Assembly (NCBI GenBank): GCA_050950825.1
Contig: JBMNIH010000007.1
Location: 96,001-160,000, forward strand
Length of the DNA: 64,000 nucleotides
Direction: 5' to 3'
From: Clostridia bacterium
GTDB lineage: Bacteria; Bacillota; Clostridia; JAAYHZ01
Numbering within the stretch: position 1 is the stretch's first letter; the number at the start of each line of letters is the position of its first letter. A program made the position numbers and the translations under genes. Shown piece by piece: positions 59,088 through 64,000 of the stretch. The notes beneath the pieces were generated by a model that saw only the letters and a program-made list of their open reading frames with translations, was not told the origin of the DNA and did no database searches.

Positions 59088-59858
59088 TTATTTCTTATTC
59101 CAAGGCTCGTCTTCTTGCAGAGTCATAATCAGGGGACCTTCTTCGGTTATGGCGATGGTATGTTCGTATTGGCAGCTTAAGCCTCCGTCTAAGGTGCGAG
59201 CCGTCCATCCGTTATCGTCGATTTTGCACATCCAAGTGCCGGTATTGATCATCGGTTCGATGGTAAATACCATTCCCGGTACAATTCGCGGCCCTCTTCC
59301 GGGTTTTCCGAAATGAGGAATCGCCAGCCCGTCGTGCATAACGCGTCCGATACCGTGTCCGGTAAAATCGCGAACAACCGAATACCCTTTCCCTTCCGCA
59401 TAGGTTTGTATGACGTGGGAAATATCCCCGATGCGATTGCCGGGCACCGCCTGTTCGATTCCCAAGTACAAACACTTGAGGGTGGTTTCCATTAATTTTT
59501 TGACCTTGCCGGAAACTTCTCCTACGGCATATGACCAAGCGGAATCTCCTAACCAGCCCTCCAAATTGACCACCGTGTCGATGGTGATCAGATCACCGGA
59601 TTTCAATTTGTACTTTCCGGGAAATCCGTGACAAATTTCGTCGTTAACGGAGGTACAGGTAGCGTAAGGGTAGCCCATATATCCGATCTGCTCCGGTATT
59701 CCTCCTTGGTCGCGGATGAATTTTTCGGCAATATCGTTAAGCTCCATGGTAGTGATACCGGGCTGAACAAAAGGCTTTATGTGCTTGTGGCATTTGGCCA
59801 CAACTTTACATGCTTCATGAATTTTTTCGATTTCTTTCATTGAACGTATCGAAGTCAT
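59088..59858 (-). CDS. map: Methionine aminopeptidase type I
   Basis: SVNDEICHG, GHGIG, TIEPM and EHT. Confidence 0.96.
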   Translation of the reverse strand: MTSIRSMKEIEKIHEACKVVAKCHKHIKPFVQPGITTMELNDIAEKFIRDQGGIPEQIGYMGYPYATCTSVNDEICHGFPGKYKLKSGDLITIDTVVNLEGWLGDSAWSYAVGEVSGKVKKLMETTLKCLYLGIEQAVPGNRIGDISHVIQTYAEGKGYSVVRDFTGHGIGRVMHDGLAIPHFGKPGRGPRIVPGMVFTIEPMINTGTWMCKIDDNGWTARTLDGGLSCQYEHTIAITEEGPLIMTLQEDEPWNKK

Positions 59859-59953
59859 TGGTTATCTCCAAATATATATTTATCCTTTAAACAGTGTATC
59901 GAAAAAACACCGAAACGTCAAATAAACAAAAAAGCCCTGCAAATACAGAGCTC

Positions 59954-60029
59954 TGGTGGGTCATCGGAGACTCGAACTCCGGACACCTTGATTAAAAGTC
60001 AAGTGCTCTACCGCCTGAGCTAATGACCC
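59954..60029 (-). tRNA. tRNA-Lys(TTT)
   Basis: Cloverleaf, CT-TTT-AA loop and CCA; TTGACA-17-TATTAT promoter upstream. Confidence 0.96.
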
Positions 60030-60409
60030 GCAACACACAGTAACATATAATAAAGCATTCGATTGGGATTGTCAATCTTTTTGAGAAATTTTTATTGATG
60101 TGAATTGCAAATGTGAATTGCAAAATTAAATTCTACCCTTAGTGCCACAATTATAGAACTTAAACCTGCAAATCTACATGTAGAAATTAACCTTACAAAT
60201 ATCATTTTATCATGTCCTCGGATTTATTGCCTGATTTATCGATAGACATAAGGTTGGATAGCTTTACTGACATTCTCCATAAGACAAACACTTTTTATAT
60301 TCCACAGATCTTCATTTCTGTACTTACATCTTGTGAATTCAACAGTATAATTTTATTTATGTGGTGTTATTGTTTCTCGGCAAGCCGGTGTTTGAAAGGA
60401 GCGCTAGTC

Positions 60410-61738
60410 ATGCCAAATAACAAACATTTAACCCTTGACGACCGTAATTTCATACATACCGGTTTGAATAACGGGCTTTCTTTTCGTCAGATAGCCCTCC
60501 ATCTGGACAAGGATCCTTCCACAATTTCCAAAGAAATACGTAAAAATCGGGTTCCGATATTTACGGGTTCCGGCGGACGTACCCCTAATAGATGCATTCA
60601 TAGATTCTCTTGCACTACCTTTGGCTTATGCGACGACATGTCTTGCAGCAAATCATTTTGCAGACTCTGCAAAAAGTGCAACAGGTTATGTTCCAACTTC
60701 CAAGAAGAACATTGTCCGAAGCTTTCCAAGCCGCCTTATGTCTGCAACGGATGCAATCAAAAGGATATATGTGTATTGTCCAAATATTTCTATCGTGCTA
60801 TCCCCGCCAACGACAGCTATCGGCAGAATTTGGTCGACAGCCGAACGGGTATTTCTTTTTCGGAAGACGAGCTTGCGTATATGGATGAACTTCTCGCCCC
60901 TTTGGTGAAAAAGAAGCAATCCATCCATCATATTTGTGTATCTCAAGCCAATAAAATCCTGTGCAGTGAACGAACGATTTACAAACTGATCGACCAAGGC
61001 GTTCTGTCCATTCGTAATATTGATATGCCTCGAAAGGTAAGATATCGACCCCGACGCCGCGAATTGACTTTCAAAGTAGACAAACGTTGTCGTATCGGAC
61101 GTACCTATCAGGACTTTCAAAAGTATATGGAAGAACATCCTGATATTCCGGTAGTACAGATGGACACGGTCGAAGGAAAGAAAGGTGGAAAAGTTCTATT
61201 GACGATATTCTTTACTCGGTCGGACTTGATGTTGATTTTCCTGAGAGATCACAATACTTCGCAATCGGTCATCGATATTTTTAATTACTTGGACCGGTTG
61301 CTCGGCAGAGAGGATTTTATGAGATTGTTTCCGGTCATACTCAGTGATAACGGATCTGAGTTCACCAATCCGACAGCCATCGAGTATGATTCTTTTGGCA
61401 ACTTGCGAACAAGAATATTTTACTGTGAAAAATCTTCTCCGCATCAAAAAGCGGAAATCGAACGAAATCACGAATACATCCGCATGATTCTACCTAGAGG
61501 AACATCCTTTGATGGTTTATCTCAAAGCTCTGTTGATCTTTTGGCCAATCATATCAATTCACTGATAAGAAAAAAGCTGAATGACAAGCCCCCTATTGCT
61601 GTATTCAGCTTCTTTTATGGAGAAATGGTTCTCCAAAAATTAGGTCTTAAGGAAATTCCGGCGGATGAGGTTACGCTCACTCCGGCTTTGCTTAAGTCAT
61701 CGAAAGAGGTGTCTGATGATGAAAAAGATTTATCATGA
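60410..61738 (+). CDS. IS30-family transposase with Cys-rich insert
   Basis: HTH PSTISKEIRKN; DDE motifs QMDTV, SDNGSEF and QK..IERNH; RBS AAAGGAG. Confidence 0.93.
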   Translation: MPNNKHLTLDDRNFIHTGLNNGLSFRQIALHLDKDPSTISKEIRKNRVPIFTGSGGRTPNRCIHRFSCTTFGLCDDMSCSKSFCRLCKKCNRLCSNFQEEHCPKLSKPPYVCNGCNQKDICVLSKYFYRAIPANDSYRQNLVDSRTGISFSEDELAYMDELLAPLVKKKQSIHHICVSQANKILCSERTIYKLIDQGVLSIRNIDMPRKVRYRPRRRELTFKVDKRCRIGRTYQDFQKYMEEHPDIPVVQMDTVEGKKGGKVLLTIFFTRSDLMLIFLRDHNTSQSVIDIFNYLDRLLGREDFMRLFPVILSDNGSEFTNPTAIEYDSFGNLRTRIFYCEKSSPHQKAEIERNHEYIRMILPRGTSFDGLSQSSVDLLANHINSLIRKKLNDKPPIAVFSFFYGEMVLQKLGLKEIPADEVTLTPALLKSSKEVSDDEKDLS

Positions 61739-61907
61739 TGTTCTCTTTGATGAATACGGTAACTCAATACCTCTTTCAGCCGATGAATACATTGAATACC
61801 TATTGGAAAGCATCTACCGGCTCCGTGAAGAGCGGGATTTGCTGAAGAACCAATTAGCCGAAATCCAATCAATTCTCAATCCAACGGATTCGGCGATTGA
61901 TTACTAA
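61716..61907 (+). CDS. Small passenger ORF (63 aa) with predicted coiled coil
   Basis: GAGGTG RBS, overlaps the transposase end, heptad-like LREERDLLKNQLAEI. Confidence 0.55.
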   Translation: MMKKIYHDVLFDEYGNSIPLSADEYIEYLLESIYRLREERDLLKNQLAEIQSILNPTDSAIDY

Positions 61908-62376
61908 AAAACAGTAACACCGAATGCTTGCCGAGATACAACATCATCTAATCACCTCATCCTAGAGGGGTAGAATTTAGTATTGCGAAAAACTGCGACT
62001 TCATTCTACCTTATGTTTGCTATACCCAACTTTAGCCTATATACCTAACTTCCCCTTAATTTTACCACTATTTAAGCACTAAAAACATAACTGCATTGTA
62101 TTTTTTAACTTTTCTACAGAACTTACTTCTGCAAACTAGATTTTACTTTTGCAATTGAGCAAATTTTTATTGATTTACAAAAGCACAAAAGTATAAAAGA
62201 GCGGATTTGCCGTAAAACAGGAGTATTGTTCAATTGCATAGTTTTATTATAACCTTAAGAGAAACCGGTAGAATAGAAATGGCATCCGATTGATAGACTT
62301 AAGGTTTAATCGATATTCAAATCAAAGGAATTACATTGACAATGACATCTTTGGCATGGTATAAATAGATGTTATA

Positions 62377-62394
62377 TTGTTATCAATTTAACAA
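62377..62394 (+). promoter_or_regulatory. Rex operator
   Basis: TTGTTATCAATTTAACAA matches TTGTTA-N6-TAACAA; lies between the promoter and the nfnA RBS. Confidence 0.75.
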
Positions 62395-62416
62395 AAATTT
62401 GTTTAGGAGGTTCCAT

Positions 62417-63253
62417 ATGTATACAATTCGAAAAAAGAAAGCGTTAAATGACCAAGTTACCCTTATGGTTATCGACGCTCCTTTGGTAGCAAGAAAAGCG
62501 GAACCCGGACAGTTTATCATATTAAGAATCGATGAGCAGGGAGAGCGTATACCGCTGACCATTGCCGATTTTAACAGAGAAGAGGGAACTGTGACCATCA
62601 TATTCCAAAAAGTTGGAAAAACGACGAAGCAGTTGGATACCTTAAACGAAGGAGATCATCTGTTGGATTTCGTGGGGCCTTTAGGTATGGCCACGGAATA
62701 TGATCCGGACATCAAAAGAGCCGCCGTTATCGGCGGAGGACTTGGTACCGCTATTGCTTATCCCCAAATTAAGAAATTGGCTTCGTTAGGCGTTGAAACC
62801 GATGCGATTATCGGTTTTCGAAACAAGGATCTGGTTATTTTAGAAGACGAAATCAAGCCCTTTGCAAAAAGGTTGATCGTTGCAACGGATGACGGCTCAT
62901 ACGGAGTAAAGGGATTTGTCACCGATGTATTGAAAACACGGATTGAAGAAGGAGCCGGCTATGATTTGGTAGTCGCCATCGGCCCCTTGCCCATGATGAA
63001 GTTTGTTTCCTTGCTGACAAAGCAATACGGTATTAAAACCATCGTCAGCATGAACCCGGTTATGGTAGACGGAACCGGAATGTGCGGAGGTTGCCGTGTT
63101 ACCGTAGGCGGAAAAACCAAGTTTGCTTGTGTCGACGGCCCCGACTTTGACGGGCACTTGGTGGATTTTGACGAGGCGATCCGAAGAGCCGCTATGTATA
63201 AAGATAAAGAAAGAGAATCCGAGCATCACTGCAGATTGGAGGGTATGAGATAA
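62417..63253 (+). CDS. nfnA: Electron-bifurcating transhydrogenase small subunit (NfnA/SudB)
   Basis: ERIPLTIAD, GPLG, DGTGMCGGCR and ACVDGP. Confidence 0.9.
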   Translation: MYTIRKKKALNDQVTLMVIDAPLVARKAEPGQFIILRIDEQGERIPLTIADFNREEGTVTIIFQKVGKTTKQLDTLNEGDHLLDFVGPLGMATEYDPDIKRAAVIGGGLGTAIAYPQIKKLASLGVETDAIIGFRNKDLVILEDEIKPFAKRLIVATDDGSYGVKGFVTDVLKTRIEEGAGYDLVVAIGPLPMMKFVSLLTKQYGIKTIVSMNPVMVDGTGMCGGCRVTVGGKTKFACVDGPDFDGHLVDFDEAIRRAAMYKDKERESEHHCRLEGMR

Positions 63254-64000
63254 TGCGGAATATGTCCAATACGAAGGTTCCCATGCCGGAACAAGACCCT
63301 CGCGAAAGAAACAAAAACTTCCAAGAAGTCGCTTTAGGATATACCGAAGAAATGGCAAAGGAAGAAGCCCAAAGATGCTTGAATTGCAAGCATAAGCCTT
63401 GCGTAAAGGGATGTCCCGTTAATGTTCAAATCCCCGAGTTTATCATGAAGGTTGCACAGGGAGATTTTGAAGGCGCCTACAACAAGATAAAGGAAACCAA
63501 CAGTCTGCCTGCGATCTGCGGCAGAGTTTGCCCCCAAGAAACCCAATGCGAGCAAGAATGCGTACGAGGAATCAAAGGAGAGCCGGTGGGGATCGGGCGC
63601 TTGGAAAGATTTTGTGCCGATTGGGCGATGAAAAACGGGAAAGTGCAAAATCCGAAGCCCGAAAAGAAAAAGAACAAGAAGGTCGCCGTTATCGGGGCGG
63701 GCCCTGCAGGCTTGACCTGTGCCGGTGATTTGGCCAAGATGGGGTACGACGTGACGATTTTCGAAGCCTTCCATAAGCCCGGAGGCGTTTTGGTATACGG
63801 AATCCCGGAATTCAGATTGCCGAAGGATTTGGTCCAAGCGGAGATCGACATTGTGAAGGATTTGGGAGTGGAAATCAAAACCAATATCGTTATCGGAAAA
63901 ACGTTGGATTTCAACGACCTAAGAGAACAAGGATATGAAGCCTTCTTTATCGGAACCGGAGCGGGGCTTCCCGGCTTTTTGGGAATCGAAGGAGAGAACC
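63253..64000 (+). CDS. nfnB: NfnB / GltD-like large subunit (partial, runs off the window)
   Basis: Manual translation: EAQRCLNCKHKPCVKGCPV, ICGRVCPQETQCE, GAGPAG and YGIPEFRLP. Confidence 0.9.
   Translation, partial: MRNMSNTKVPMPEQDPRERNKNFQEVALGYTEEMAKEEAQRCLNCKHKPCVKGCPVNVQIPEFIMKVAQGDFEGAYNKIKETNSLPAICGRVCPQETQCEQECVRGIKGEPVGIGRLERFCADWAMKNGKVQNPKPEKKKNKKVAVIGAGPAGLTCAGDLAKMGYDVTIFEAFHKPGGVLVYGIPEFRLPKDLVQAEIDIVKDLGVEIKTNIVIGKTLDFNDLREQGYEAFFIGTGAGLPGFLGIEGEN

Larger units (their letters stand above)
60100..62160 (+). mobile_element. IS30-family insertion sequence (~2061 bp)
   Basis: Flanked by the 14-bp direct repeat AAATTTTTATTGAT (60086-99 and 62161-74). IRs AATTGCAAAATTAAATTCTA / AATTGCAAAAGTAAAATCTA (18/20). 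Confidence 0.88.

Noticed and set aside
60212-60409. N-terminal extension of the IS30 transposase
   Set aside because: The promoter and RBS point to ATG 60410, where HTH homology begins.

Overview
Chromosomal window from a spore-forming, moderate-GC Firmicute (Clostridia-like, judged from the large Bacillus-type SRP RNA, spore-coat genes, SLH remnant and Rex/LexA boxes). From about 3.5 to 23.8 kb there is an accessory, partly decayed region ending at tRNA-Ala. It holds ogt, a phosphoesterase-methyltransferase fusion, an ADP-ribosylglycohydrolase, GH36/GH2/GH3 glycosidases, a metal-response two-component locus broken by an IS256 element, and three gene remnants. The rest is mostly core genes: metG, mrfAB, dnaX, ffs, galU, purC, ddh, hom, map, nfnAB and two more tRNAs. 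The most unusual signals are: (1) two tandem paralogous, promoter- and terminator-bounded candidate sRNAs with an anti-Shine-Dalgarno/anti-AUG motif upstream of ffs; (2) an IS30-family element with a 14-bp target duplication, a Cys-rich transposase insert, a small passenger ORF and 5'/3' UTR complementarity; (3) an IS256 element with no target duplication and a ~167-nt rod-like hairpin; (4) a sulfatase-DHFR fusion. All calls were made by eye, and no database search or folding was run.
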